NCBI GenBank assembly: GCA_964252035.1
Contig: OZ176200.1
Strand: one strand, 5' to 3'
From: Podarcis erhardii
Taxonomy: Eukaryota
Length of the DNA: 64,000 nucleotides
Shown: positions 1 to 17,840 of the stretch, piece after piece
Layout of the letters: the number at the start of each line of letters is the position of its first letter
Position numbering within the stretch: the stretch's first letter is position 1
Notes under the pieces: generated by a model
Told to the model about the DNA's origin: nothing
What the model saw: only the letters and a program-made list of their open reading frames with translations
Databases searched by the model: none
Translations under genes and position numbers: made by a program

Positions 1-730
1 TAAAATTAAACCTGTTGACAAGCGAACTGAGAGGCCTCATTTGGGTGCAATGTGCGCAACCCTTGTGAAAGATGCTGAATATTACTTGGTTGTGCTTTAC
101 AGTGCAATCTATATATAGCCAGATAGAAACAAGTCCATTTGAAGTCAGTGGTGCTTGTTCCCACTAACCTGGAAGTAGGGTTGCCTTAGACATCACACCT
201 AAGCACCTTTGCTGGGGAGTAAATCCTACTGAACTTAGTAGGACTTACGTCTGAGTACACATAGCTTGGCCCCTTAGAAGCAGTGTTGGAAACTGAGAGA
301 GAAAAGCTAGGAGCCAAATGGCTCCTGGAACCTGGATTACAGGTGCAAAAACAGGATTGCTAGTCGCCATTCCCTCCCCACCCCAAATGCAGTAGCACTT
401 TATATTTAGTTTTTTGAAGTGCATGAACTAATACACAATTCACATCAGTGACACATTGTAAATATCAGTTCTTAATTGGACACTGCAAACATAAATAGGG
501 CTCAGCCTCAGCAATTGTGGCCAGCCATAAGTATTTATAAATACAGGGCTGGGGCTGTGCAGTCACAGTTAAATATGTCCATTATATCAAACTTCTTGGA
601 AGAACAGGCCTAACAGCACAATCTTAGCCATTTCTACACAGAAATAGATCCTACTGAAATAGAACTAGGCAAATGGGATTGGGATTGTAACAGATTGGTT
701 TTGATACTCTTGTGACAGGTCAATTAACAT

Positions 731-1359
731 GTTGTTGTTTAGTCATTTAGTCGTGTCCAACTCTTCGTGACCCCATGGACCAGAGCATGCCAGGCACTCC
801 TGTCTTCCACTGCCTCCTGCAGTTTGGTCAAACTCATGCTGGTAGCTTCGAGAACACTGTCCAACCATCTTGTCCTCTGTCGTCCCCTTATCCTTGTGCC
901 CTCCATCTTTCCCAACATCAGGGTCTTTTCCAGGGAGTCTTCTCTTCTCTTGAGGTGGCCAAAGTATTTGAGCCTCAGCTTCAGGATCTGTCCTGAAGGC
1001 TAATTTCCTTCAGAATGGATACATTTGATCATCTTGCAGTCCATGGGACTCTCAAGAGTCTCCTCCAGCACCATAATTCAAAAGCATCAATTCTTCGGCA
1101 ATCAGCCTTCTTTATGGTCTAGCTTTCACTTCCATACATCACTACTGGGAAAATCATAGCTTTAACTATACGGACCTTTGTTGGCAAGGTGATGTCTCTC
1201 TCAACCTAGATGCTGTCTAGGTTTGTCATTGCTTTTCTCCCAAGAAGCAGGCGTCTTTTAATTTTGTGACTGCTGTCACCATCTGCAGTGATCATGGAGC
1301 CCAAGAAAGTAAAATCTCTCACTGCCTCCATTTCTTCCCCTTCTATTTGCCAGGAGGTG
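731..1359 (-). mobile_element. Bov-B (RTE-clade) LINE, 5'-truncated 3' fragment with internal deletions
   Basis: Minus-strand translation EAVRDFTFLGSMITADGDSSHKIKRRLLLGRKAMTNLD matches the recalled Bov-B ORF C-terminal region; (CAA)n-type tail at 731-740; 8-bp TSD attaacat at 723-730 and 1360-1367. Confidence 0.92.
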
Positions 1360-1564
1360 ATTAACATAAGGGACACTAAAGTGTATTCAGTTATATTGAG
1401 CATGTATCTCTTTGGTTCATTTTTATGTTTGAAGCGGAATGTTTGTATTTTTGCCCTTCAGTTGAGTAGTCATGAATTCAAAGCTCACTTGTAGAGACTA
1501 TCGCTACCAGGACCTTTCTGGCTGATGAGCAGATAACTTGAATCATCCATTTTTCTTTCTTCAG

Positions 1565-6435
<4,871 letters not shown>

Positions 6436-6514
6436 TTCTAGAAGGATATTGGGATACTAATAACTTTTGGAAGCACTTATTTTGTATCTTTTTAATTTTT
6501 TTGTATTGTACTTA

Positions 6515-6520
6515 AATAAA
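6515..6520 (+). terminator. DEPDC7 proximal poly(A) signal AATAAA
   Basis: AATAAA about 80 nt after the stop, U-rich/TGTA elements upstream and GT-rich agtggttttgtg downstream. Confidence 0.65.
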
Positions 6521-6809
6521 AGTGGTTTTGTGATATGGAGTCCCCATGTAATAACATTATTTAAAAATAATTAAAGCTTCTATTTAAATCTTAATTGTTC
6601 AGATGTATTCTTGATTTTAAAAAAATAAATGGGGTGGTGAGGGAAGTTTGGGCCAGTGTATGAGTTTTTAGCTTTGTTCAAACACTATTGGAAGCTCCTG
6701 AAAACTAGACTTTATTTGGTGAATATAATTTTTGCTCCTGATTGTCAGATCTCATTGCCACTGGACTATAACAACCACATGTTTTCTCTGTGTAACACAA
6801 GGCTGTTGG

Positions 6810-6818
<9 letters not shown>

Positions 6819-6845
<27 letters not shown>
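6819..6845 (+). repeat. (CA)n microsatellite preceded by (TA)n
   Basis: tatatata cacacaca... seen directly. Confidence 0.9.
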
Positions 6846-6850
<5 letters not shown>

Positions 6851-9341
6851 ATTATTTGTCCATGACAAGTCTACATTTGTATGTGACTTGTTCACGTGTT
6901 GTGAGTTTATAAATACCTTCAATCCATTTGTTGAAGGGAGTTGCATTTTTATTTTTCCAGTTCATCAATACCAGTCTTCTTGCTATAGTAAGGGTGTGGA
7001 GAGTCAATTCATATTGTCCCTTTGTTAGGTTCCATGTATTGTATGTATATAATTCAAAAGGATATTTTTAGGCCAAGTTGGTCTTGAATTAACAGTGCAT
7101 GGCAGTCACTTGCCAATTATGTAAATACCTGTGATTGTGTCTAATCTTATGTTCATGTTTATTGAACTCTGAAGAACAAATAATCCTCCACAAAGGTGAG
7201 CAGCAGCAATCTTCCATTGGTCCACTTGGGCATAAACTCCATTGAATTCAGTGGGGTTCAGAGTAAACGTAAAAAATAATAGGGCTTGTTAGAAGAAGCA
7301 TGTTTGTTTTTGTAGGACATGTCTTATGTATAGGCCAGTTCATATGATCCTTGCGAACACCTCAACTTAATTGTATTTGATAGTGGCCTGCTGAAATGTC
7401 ACTTATGCCCAGGGCAGTGAGTCCCAGTGATTGCTTTGTCAGTGGCACAACACAATCCAGAGGGATTAAGTACCTGCTTGGAAAATAAGGGCTGAATCAT
7501 ATACTCCAGGGTTGTGTAAATTACCCTTGTACTTGGATGCCAAGAGAGTTTGGGATATGCATGAAGTCACTGTTACTGCCTTCTCTGCTGATAGATCTAA
7601 AAGTGCAGCTGATGGTGATCTGGAATCTACAGTATTTTTTTAAAAAAACAAAACACTGTCTTGGTCCATGGAACATCTACATAAATCTGTAGTAGAAACC
7701 TAATGGAGGTTTCTGTGAACCTTCTTGGATTTAGAGGGCAGTTGTAAATCATCATTACTGCCATACCACCACTTCTGCCCTTACATGGACACAAGAATTG
7801 TATCAGTGCAAAGAATGCTCGTTGGTAGATGTTTTCCATTCTGTTGAACAATAGGGACCTGAAGCTAATAAACTGGCCAAGGGTGAGCAAAACTTTCCAG
7901 CATAAAGGTTCGCTCCTCAGGAGACTACCACCATTGAACCCATTTTTATTTACTGTTGCAATTGGCTCCATAATATGCAGCCAAAAAAAGAAAGGAAGAA
8001 AGAAATGCAAAGCTCCGCTTTAATATTTCTCACTCCTTTAATTGTGTTATTCCCACCATAATGTGGCATATTGGATTTATCTGCGCCAGTAGATAGGCTT
8101 TGAAGTATAGGCCCTATCATACTACTTGGCATTCTAGGCTTAGTTACTTGCTAATTTTCTGCGCATGGGAACATAAATAGTGCAAAGGGGAACCAAAAAT
8201 AAATGGGGGTAGACTGCTTTTAATGCATTTTTGCTGATAATAAGAAAGTAAATGCTGCTGCCTATATCTTAAAAAGTTTTCCTGTTTGGAAATGGTTCCA
8301 AATACGGCATATGCTTAACCATTGGCCTTCATGTGTATAGTTCATATGTATAGTTTCTAGATGGCCAACTATGCTTTGGTTTTGTTTCTCAAAGAGCAAT
8401 TCCTTATAACAGATTGCAATGGCACTCCAAGTGTGGGCAGGGGGAGTGGAAAGGTACAGCAGGTTTATGGTACTCGGACTCAGAGACAAAGCCACGCCAA
8501 GGCACAGGAGAGCCATGCAGTATAGCACACACCAGGGTGGTGCATTATTATGTGGTTGGCTCTCTGATTGCTAAAATAAGGGCTTGGGAAACAACCTATT
8601 GGGCGTAGAAATCAAAGGGATAAAAGTGCTGTCTGGTTTCAAGTCACTGCAGCAAGATAGGACCATCCCATAGTAACCTGACAAGACAATATGTCACGTG
8701 ACTAGTGACTGCAGAGTGTGGCTGAAGTTAGGTGTGTTGGGTTGGACTAATCTGGATCCAGTTTCTATTGCTAGGTGCTGTCTTCTGCTTCACTGACTGC
8801 TTTTTTCCATGGCTGGTTTCTTGCCAGATGGTATCATTTTCAGCTTTGGCTTGCATTTTTGCCTTTTGCTCAAATGGCCGATTATAATGCTTTGCAAGTA
8901 CTGTAGTACTGAAGCTACATTTATCTCTCTTCCTCTCTCTCCCCCCCCCCAAGTTTCCTGACTTGTTTCCTCCTGAGATTTAATTGATCTCTCTTTATAT
9001 AAACAGTAAAATTGTGGATGTGTCCCTTTTCAGGCGATGTTTTTAATGGTTTATTTGCTGTTCCTTAGTTTTTTTTCAGAGGTAAGCACAGAATAAACTG
9101 ATTTTACAGGTACTATCACTTTCTGAAGATATCTTATTTGTTTTGTCTAAGCTCTCATTGTTTCCCCCTGGACTAATGTTCTGTTCTGGATGGCAACCAA
9201 TTCTGAGCTGTAGGGAATTGTCCAAGTAGAAGTGAGCCATCAGTCACAGATCTGCAGGGATTATAAGGGAACAGAAATAAGGCACTTGAATCTGATGAAG
9301 GTTTATAATGTTAACCCTCCTACCTAGATGAAATACATAAG

Positions 9342-9471
9342 CAGGGCTTTTTTCAGCCAGAATTTGCCGGAAATCAGTTCCGGTATCTCTCAGGTGGGAG
9401 CCATTGCCATTATAAGAGAACAAGGGAGGTGTTCATGGTGAGTTCCAACACCTCTTTTTCTAGAAAAATAG
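9342..9471. mobile_element. short non-autonomous DNA transposon (hAT-like MITE), right end eroded
   Basis: CAGGGCTTTTTT start and tctagaaaaatag end resemble a MITE recalled from lacertid genomes; no clear TSD. Confidence 0.5.
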
Positions 9472-10779
9472 AAATATTGAGGATTAAGGATTCCTATGCA
9501 TTTCACATGTCTCCTAAACATGTTCAGGATCCTTCCAACAAAATGGCAGCAACAGACCTGTGCTCTTGGAAGTAAGCATTTTATAGAGGGAAGAATATAA
9601 TTTCCCTACTCACTTGCCCCCAGTTAGATTATTCCAAGAATAAACATAAGGTGATATGATACCTGTCAGTTGCCTCTGCAGAACAATGTAGATTTATTCT
9701 CACAATGTGAAGTTATTCACATGTGTTCTGTTTTGCTTCCCACTCAGCATTCACTGATGTTTTCAATCAGAGGTTAGGTAGGTAGTGACTAGGGAATAAA
9801 CTTTCTCTGTGGTGACACAATGTATATCTCTCCAAATCATTTATTTGCCCAGCTATTTATTTGCCGTTGTATAGCTTATTATTATTATTGGTAGTTATAG
9901 GCTATCTTTCAGGAAGGCCCTCTCTTCTGTTTTCCTATTTTTACCTAGTGCATTGTATGTTGCTTTTGTTGACTTCTATTGTTTTTATATAACATTTTGT
10001 TGTATCTGCTTTTGTTGTTGCATATTTGTATTGGTTAGTCTAGAATGATGTCATCTAAAGGGCTCCTTCATAGCTTTAATTATTGATTGTGAGACTGTAC
10101 AGTAGTTTGGTCAGGAGAGGGTTAATGGAAGCAGCATAACTTCCTGAGGTAACTGATAGCACTGGCAGGGCGATCAACTACCCTCTTTATTAAGGAGGCA
10201 TCATTTAGACACCGGAGCTCAGCTCCCCATATACCCCACACCTGCTGCTGAAAGTACCCAGAGGCCCGATTCTGCGCTCTGGGAGAATCCAGTACTGTAC
10301 TAAGGCATTGTGAAGCCACCGCCCCCCTGAAACCTAATGAGCAGTTTTATTTGGCGCTCTGATGCTGAGAGTCCAAATGATGCTCAGCGGCAGCCTGTAA
10401 ATAAAACCGTTTATCTTACGACCCCAGAATCTCAGGTGACCTTGATTTTATTTTAAAGAAACCAAACACGAGATAGGTGCGGGCACCCTTGAAATCTCTC
10501 ACCATTCAGCGAGTGGGGTGCATACGCCATTCTTTTCTCTTCGCCCCCCCCCCAAGCCATGCACCCTAGGGAGCTTGGGGAGCAAACCTCACTTAACACA
10601 GCAGGACGGCATTCCCAAGTAAACATGCCCGGGGCTGCAATGCACCTGACGAGCTGGCCCGACTGATCCCTTTCGGACATTGACCAGCAACCTATTTTGC
10701 AGGACGGCTGTGCGAGAGAGCCAAACAAAGGCTGCCTCCTGAACAGCGTGCATGCTTAAAAACATGTTTGCAGGGAGGC

Positions 10780-12120
10780 GTTTCCAGCACGCCCCATGCC
10801 AGTCAGTCCGCATGGCGTTAGGATGCCAGTTCATTGTTTCGAGGTTTATCGGCGGTTTAGAATAAAAGCCGTCATAATAGTACTCAGCCCTGCCTCTGTA
10901 TGTGTGTGCGTGTGGTGGTGGGGCTTTTGTGCCGCACGGCGCTCCCCTCCCTCCCTCCATGCACACGTACAGTGGGAAAAGCCTGGATGCAGCAGCGGTA
11001 GTTCTGGAACAGAAAAAAAGGCCCGGGGGTGGCGAGGGAAGAGCCTTTCGCCCCTCACGCCTTCCGCCAACAACCTGGTCTCTTGATTGACAGCTATCTT
11101 GCGTATTGTTATCGCCGGCACACGCGCGCTCCTCCCTCCCTCCTCCCGCAGCTGCCCTTTAGGGCTCCTCGCGCTTTGCTTTGAGCCGCTTTAGCGAGGA
11201 AGAGCGCAGACATGGCGGCGCCCTATGAGGAGCCGCCAGCTTTCCCCTGCCCTCTGCAGGCTCCGGGCTGCCTGTGAGGAGGAGGAGGAGGAAGAGGACG
11301 GGGATTGCGAGGAGTTCCCGCTAGTGGCGCTGGCGTTGAGGAGCCGCGCCCTTTCCCGCCCCCCGCCGCCCGGACTCGCTTTCCGGAGACCGGGTGCAAA
11401 AAAGTTGCTGTCTTCCTGCGCTCGAAGCCTCCCTCTCGGGTAAGCGGGGCTGCGGACTGGTCTTCTTCCCACTGCAGCCCGGTTGTCCCCTCCCCAACCC
11501 TTGCCATCCCTGTCTGCACCAGGGCTGGGGGGTGGGGGGGGGGTCGGGTTTTGGTGCCGCAAACTCTGCCTCCGCCTGCGGGCGCTGCAGCAGAACCGGC
11601 GCTGCTTGTTATTCGGCTGCATCGGGGTCCCAGGCCAGGGTCGCGACGGGGATGCGGGAGAGAGCACAAGCCTTGTCGTCCTGTGTGGGCCATTAATCCC
11701 GATTAAATCGGAAGGGATCGCATTGCTTAGCAGCATGCATGGAGAGAGCGGGGAAATACCGCCGTGTCTGCCCTGCCCGAAGCATTCGTCAAGGGTTAAC
11801 ATCCGTAAAGCATGAGTTTGTTTTGAAGGGCTGTCAAAATTTCCAGTCAGTTCCCGATGCGCGCCTGTCCGGAAATGAGCTCCACTAGCACAGTGGGACT
11901 TTACTGCTAGGTAGGCATGCATGCATTATCAAGGCCTGCCTTTCCTTCTGGGCAGCCTCCCAGCAGCGGCATAGCTAGCTGCTCGGGGGCGGGGGGCGGG
12001 GCGAGCCTCTCCAACCCTTGGAGCCTCTCCTCTGCCTTTCCCTCAAACTCAACTCCACCCCCATGACACCCAGGGCGACTGCAGGCCCCCCCCCCGCACC
12101 CCCTTCCTCCGCCACTGCCT
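10780..12120 (+). promoter_or_regulatory. CpG island promoter of TCP11L1
   Basis: Sharp rise in GC and CpG density against a CpG-depleted background; GC-box-like motifs; contains exon 1. Confidence 0.85.
11150..11439 (+). other. TCP11L1: TCP11L1 exon 1 (5' leader; start approximate)
   Basis: Strong donor CTCGG|gtaagc at 11440 inside the CpG island; next plausible acceptor is 17834; TSS cannot be read from sequence. Confidence 0.7.
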
Positions 12121-15100
12121 ACCAGGGGCTGCATGTAAGTGGTGGGCAGGGCCAGAGGACAAAGTGGCAAGAGCAACAATTGTTCAGTTTTACCTTTGTA
12201 TAGTCGGCTGGTTTCTACACACATTCATAAACCTCTGTATTCTCCCAGCCAGGCAGGGTGGAGAATTCAAGGATGCGTTCCAGCCAGGAAAGAAGGGTAT
12301 GGAACAGGGCCAGTGATGGGGGTCCCCTGGGGAGGGGGTGTGGTGTGGTGAGCGTCCCAAGGGCCAGATAGAGATGCTTGGAGGATGACATTTGCCCCCC
12401 GGGACCAAGGTGCCCCCCTATACAGCAACAGTCTTTCATTTGCTAAATGGGTATTATTGTTCTAATCCTATATCTGAAGATTTTCCTTGTTTTGGAATAT
12501 AATGGATATATTTTATTTCATAACTCTGCAGCTCCCCAGAAAGAAATACACCAGTTCTCTGATATCCCTTATTTTTATTCTCTGAGTTGTTCAAAGCTTT
12601 GTCTGTCCCCACTGATAATTTTTTTGTGTCACATTGGGAAATATATAGTTTCACTGAAATAGCTGGCACTTCACTCACATCCCTGCTTTTCTAGTTCTTA
12701 ACCTCAACGTTACATGCTTATCTGAGTAGTCATCTTTTTAGAGTTTCATGCAGACTTTTAGGAAACTGCATAGTCATGCTGTGGTGTAAATAAAATCCAA
12801 ACAAGATAATATATATGCATTTTATGTATATGCTTTAGGACAAGTCATGCTCTGACACTATAATAACCTGTTTTGATTTGTGCTAAGGAAACCTTTTGAT
12901 AATGGGGACTATACAAAACTTTAAAATTTTGCTGCTTTATTTCCAAACACTTGTCTACATTCATATAGTGATGTGTGCATGAAGGTAGAAAAAGTGAATG
13001 GGGAGGAAGCCTCAGTTTTTCTTTTTATGCCTGTAAAGCCACCTGGTTTGAACTTCATTGATTTAAATCAGTACTGTGCCATTTTTTTCTATGTGGTGGG
13101 GCATTTTCTTGGGAAACAGTGTTCTCCACCCCTGCTGTAAACAGTGCTGTTAAAACTTGGCTGCAAAGTTTGGAAGACATCAAAGAGGAATTCTGTCTCG
13201 TTGACCTGTATTGCTCTGTTTCTCTCATTTTCCTTTGCTGCCTTCTGTTCAGACACCCCTTAATTGGGAGGTGGCAGGGTGCAAACCTAGCTGGAAATTA
13301 TAGCCTTTTGACATGGATGTCATTTCTCAATGTGTGTCTGTTGGTTGTACAGGCTCATTGTTATGGAATAAGTCATTATAATGATTAGGTTCTGAAGCTG
13401 TGAAGTCCTGTCTCAAATTAAACCCTGTGGCTTATAGGGAAGGCTATGGTGGTTGCTTCTCAAAAGTTCTGTGAAATAAACTCAAGGATGTGCAAGCCCG
13501 CCACACATCCATCAGGTTTATTCATTAGTCTAAACAAAAGCAGGTGCAAACACATACTTCTAGAGGCAGACTCAACCACTTGGCTGATTAAATACTTCTC
13601 ACCTGTGCTAGCAAGCAGTTCATAAACCTTTAAGGGGCATTACAGCAAAAAGGCTACTGCATTAAAAGGAGGAAAACACACGAAACCAAAGTGAAGTTGG
13701 AAATGCTAAAATAGAAAAGAAAAGATTGAGTGAAAAAAATGAGGTGGGTCTAAGAATGATGGCGAAAGGGACCACCAAAGAACTTCTGAAGAAAGTAAAG
13801 AGAGGGCAGTCTGGGAAAGTGATGATAACAAGGGGGGAGAATCATATGGGGAAATGATATCAGGATTAAAAGGAAGTAACTGTTGAGATGAGAACTGAAT
13901 GGGAAAGGAAAATGATGGAAGTGTCAGTAGAAGTACCATATTTCACATGATAGAGGCAAGCATGTTAGGAAGAAACCTCAGCTAGAACTCATCTCCCTGA
14001 CATTTAGTGAAGGGAATCTTTTTTGTGTGTGTAAGGAAAAGGATTCAGTCATATAGTCTGTAGTCTGAGGTGGTAGAACCCAAACAGGTTTTAACATCTC
14101 GGTTACCCAAATCTTTACTGTCATAGAACCCATATGTAAAAGTGGTCAGAGGGATGGTAAATGTGACTCTCCCCATCTTTTTTTGCCCAATGAACTGCCT
14201 TTATTGTTTTCCTCTCAGTGAGACTCTGAACCAAAATTAATCATGCTGGAGAAAAGCAGCAGATGTACAGCAGTTTCACTGGGAGGGGGAGTTAGTTTTC
14301 CCAACCCACATATCCCTGCTTCCATTCAGTTGCCACTCCACCACTTCATATGGAGTTGGCAGGATCCATGTTGAATCTGCCATTTTCATATCTAGTTTGT
14401 CTTGGTGTCTGATAAATCAGCCTTCTTGATGGGGATGTTGCTATTTTGGATTCTTTTTCACTTACACAAGCATGCTAAAAGACTCCATGATGTCAGAGGC
14501 TGTAGAACTACTTGGCTGGAGTTGGTCACACAGGCATAGTTCTGCTGTTGAATGTGCTCAGAAGAATCCAGTGCATTGTAGGTTGCTTCCTTTTTAATTT
14601 GGCAATTTATGGACAGCCGAGCCATTCAAACTACATATGACACCAGGGAGCTTAGTGCAAACCGTAAATATGTGTAAATCATGGGTATAGTTAGGGATGT
14701 TTAGTTTTAATTATTAGAGTGGAAAACCGGTTATTTAAATCCCTCATTTCCTATACAGTCATCTGTTTCCAAAGCTGGGGTGAGGAGAAAAAAAATAGCA
14801 ACATGGTACACTATAATCTAGCAAGGTGTCTTGTTTCATTCTATTTGTTGAAGCTCTTTGCTTAATCCATAAGCTATTAACCAACACTTACTTTGAAAAA
14901 CTGAAGGCAGCACTGGTAGAAGTCCAGACACAATTCTGCCTTCATCAAAAATATGGATAAACTCTGTCTGCTCTAATGTTTCTATTTATTTTAGAAGTTT
15001 TGTCTAGAATTTGAATAATACATTAAATATACAAACAAGTGTTGAACCTGGATTATATCAGTCATACATACTTTGGGTCTTCTGGGTTTGGGAAACTTTT

Positions 15101-15822
15101 GTGTTTGTGCCAAAACTCAAGCAGATGAATCCTGAGAAAATTCTAACTTTCCTTTGCATCAGAATGTCAAAGAGATAAGTAACCACTCAACTTTTAGAAG
15201 ACATCGGAAGGCAGCCCTGTATAGGGAAGCATTTTAATGTTTGATGTGTTATTATGTGTTATTATGAGATATATTTCTGAATGTTAAATAACTCAGTGTC
15301 AGTTGTGTTGAAGAAAACTTGACTGAATGCCTAGTGGATTCTAAATGCTTTTCAAATGATGCTAGTGAGTTCGAAAGAGGCATTGTGAATACAAAATATG
15401 ATTTTTTGTGTGCACACAGTACAGTATAATGAAAATAGCAGTGTGACTGCAGGAAAATGTCATATGGGAAGGATACTGCTGTGATAGTCTGCCTTTAAAT
15501 TCCTGTGATCAGTCACAAGCATATTTATGTATAAATTGTATCTAAACAAGTAGGGCCTCCTTCCATGTAAGAGATTTGGGAGGCTTGGGATGCCAGATTC
15601 CTGTGCTTTTTTTGAAATCTGCCCTTTGTTAATGGTGTTTTGTATTTGCTGCTGTGGAACCTAACTCTGTTGTGGTGGTTTTCTTACAGACCTCTTGCTT
15701 CTGTTTGGCTTTGCAGAACTTGAAGCTGTAGTCTCACTCCACTGCTTCTCTGTCTCTCTGCCCTTTTCTTACACCCTGAAGGCTTGGTCCAAGGACATTA
15801 AGTGAGAAGTAAGTGTGACAAT

Positions 15823-15896
15823 GTGGAAGACAGGAGTGCCTGGCGTGCTCTGGTCCTTGGGGTCACGAAGAGTTGGACATGACTAAACAACAAAAC
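15823..15896 (+). mobile_element. Bov-B extreme 3' end (about 74 bp)
   Basis: gtggaagacaggagtgcctggcgtgctctggtcc..ggggtcacgaagag..gactaaacaac; 12-bp TSD aagtgtgacaat at 15811-15822 and 15897-15908. Confidence 0.88.
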
Positions 15897-17535
15897 AAGT
15901 GTGACAATTCATTTATGTGACAATTCATTTAAATGGCAAAGAGGCTACCATCATCTAGTGCATGCCCTCAGGATCATGTGCCTATAATCACATGAGGCTG
16001 GGGAGTGGGACTATGATCAGTCACCCTGCCTGCCCTGTTTTGCAGGGTGCTCCTGGGGGGGGGGTGACACCCTTCCAAGTGGCCCCATGAACTAGAACCT
16101 TGAGCGCTTGGAGATCCATCTCATGGGGCAGCCTACATGCATTTGGAATGCTGATGTGACTCCATTAACATGAATGGCATTGTGGAGAGGCTGGCGTCAT
16201 GGCCTCTAAGGGGCGGGCATGTGTTTTCCAGCCTCACGCAATTATAATATGATCCTGAATGCCGATATAGGATTATAGACTCAAAAGGTCAGATTTCCCA
16301 CCCAGCCTAGACTGCTCAAATCCCATTTGCTACCTCTGAGCAATTCTTCTTAAAAAAAAAAAAAAAAATTATAGTAAGAGTTGTGTGAGGCATTTCTTCT
16401 TTGTTCTTCCTTTCCTTTGTCCATTTTGCTGATTTAGAGGCTTCCCTTCTAGACTAGCTAACCAGGCAATCAGCCAGCTTTGCATATCCCAGATGGTCTT
16501 TACCGGGATGGATTTTGTTTTGTAGTCTTAAGCGATGAGAGGCAGTATCTGATTCATATCAGCATTTCCTGGGGAGATGAAAGACAGATTTTCATATCCA
16601 TCAGCATCACTTGTCTCATTGCTCAGTGACTTGATGCTGAAAGTGTGAACTGCTTCCCATAGTCTGTGTTCTGTTTGAGAACATTAGTTTGGTAGATGTG
16701 TGTGATCTGTGGTGGCAAGTGCACATCTTCACATCATTGGATGGCAAAGGTCTCTTGTTTCATCACTTATTGCCTTTTAGGTGAATTAATGTTCTAGCAG
16801 TAATAGGGGCTGGTTTTTGTTTTGTTTTTTTACAAAAGCCATTGCTAAAGTCTGAAAACAACATTTTCTGAAACGAAAGGTTAAAACCAGAAATATTCTA
16901 GAAACATTTCTGGGAAAGTTTTCCGGTGCCCTAAATTGATGGGGAACTCCCTTAGCATGTATGACTTATATTTGGTAAACAAAACTGTCTGAACACATCA
17001 AAGTCCACCCCCCCCAAGTATACTCATAACTATTTGAAGTCAAATATTTTATTGGGAATAAGGTGAATCAATTAAGTGTACAGAATGTAGTTCAAATATG
17101 GTTTAAATGTTACGTGCAAATTAATTAAAAAGCATTACTTGAATAGTATTTTTGTTATGATTGTTCAGTAGCATACATTTCCTTACATGGTTACATTTCA
17201 CAAAATTAAAAAGGTGACAAACCCAGGAAATTGTTGAAAAATGTTAACATACTTTAACCAGACCCATATAATTTTGTCACGCATGCATGTATATATATAC
17301 ATAATGCATAAATATACATTTATGCTTCGTCAAATATAGCCACCTGAGAAAAGTTTATTATAACTTTAAAACTGCCTTATTTGCCTGGTGTTATATCTAT
17401 TAATTATGCTACTAATTAAGGTTATAATACCATGTACTTTGGGAAAGGGATTATTTTCCAGCCTATATTGCAGCTCTTAATATGGCATGATGTCAGAGCT
17501 ACTATCTTTCCGTATTTGAAATTACTGTTGCTGCT

Positions 17536-17536
<1 letters not shown>

Positions 17537-17568
<32 letters not shown>
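17537..17568 (+). repeat. (GAT)n trinucleotide microsatellite
   Basis: atgatgatg... seen directly. Confidence 0.9.
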
Positions 17569-17840
17569 ATCTATTAGTTGATTGTTACCCAAACGTCTCC
17601 AGGCAACATTGTCAATACTGAAACAGTGTTATTTTATTCAAGTGTTTTTAAATAAATAGGTCTAACTTCTGTACAGTACATATCCTCCCCCCCCAATTTC
17701 AGAGAATTTCCCCTCAAAATTCTTAGGTAGAATCCTAGTTGGACTAACTGAATTAGATGCAGGATTTAGCAGAGAATTTGGCCTCAGTGGGAGTGCGTGT
17801 ATTGGTTTAATTTCTTTCTTCTTAATCCAAAAAGCTGAGA

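Noticed and set aside
7627-8010. 127-aa minus-strand ORF between DEPDC7 and TCP11L1
   Set aside because: No recognisable homology or splice context; begins in a poly-T/A tract
11191-11922. 243-aa, 156-aa and other overlapping ORFs on both strands of the CpG island
   Set aside because: Expected from stop-codon scarcity in GC-rich DNA; low-complexity Pro/Arg/Gly translations; only the splice-linked frames are discussed as a finding
13400-13990. Possible solo LTR followed by a purine-rich tract
   Set aside because: TG start and AATAAA-like motifs are present, but I could not define a matching CA end, a TSD or a primer-binding site
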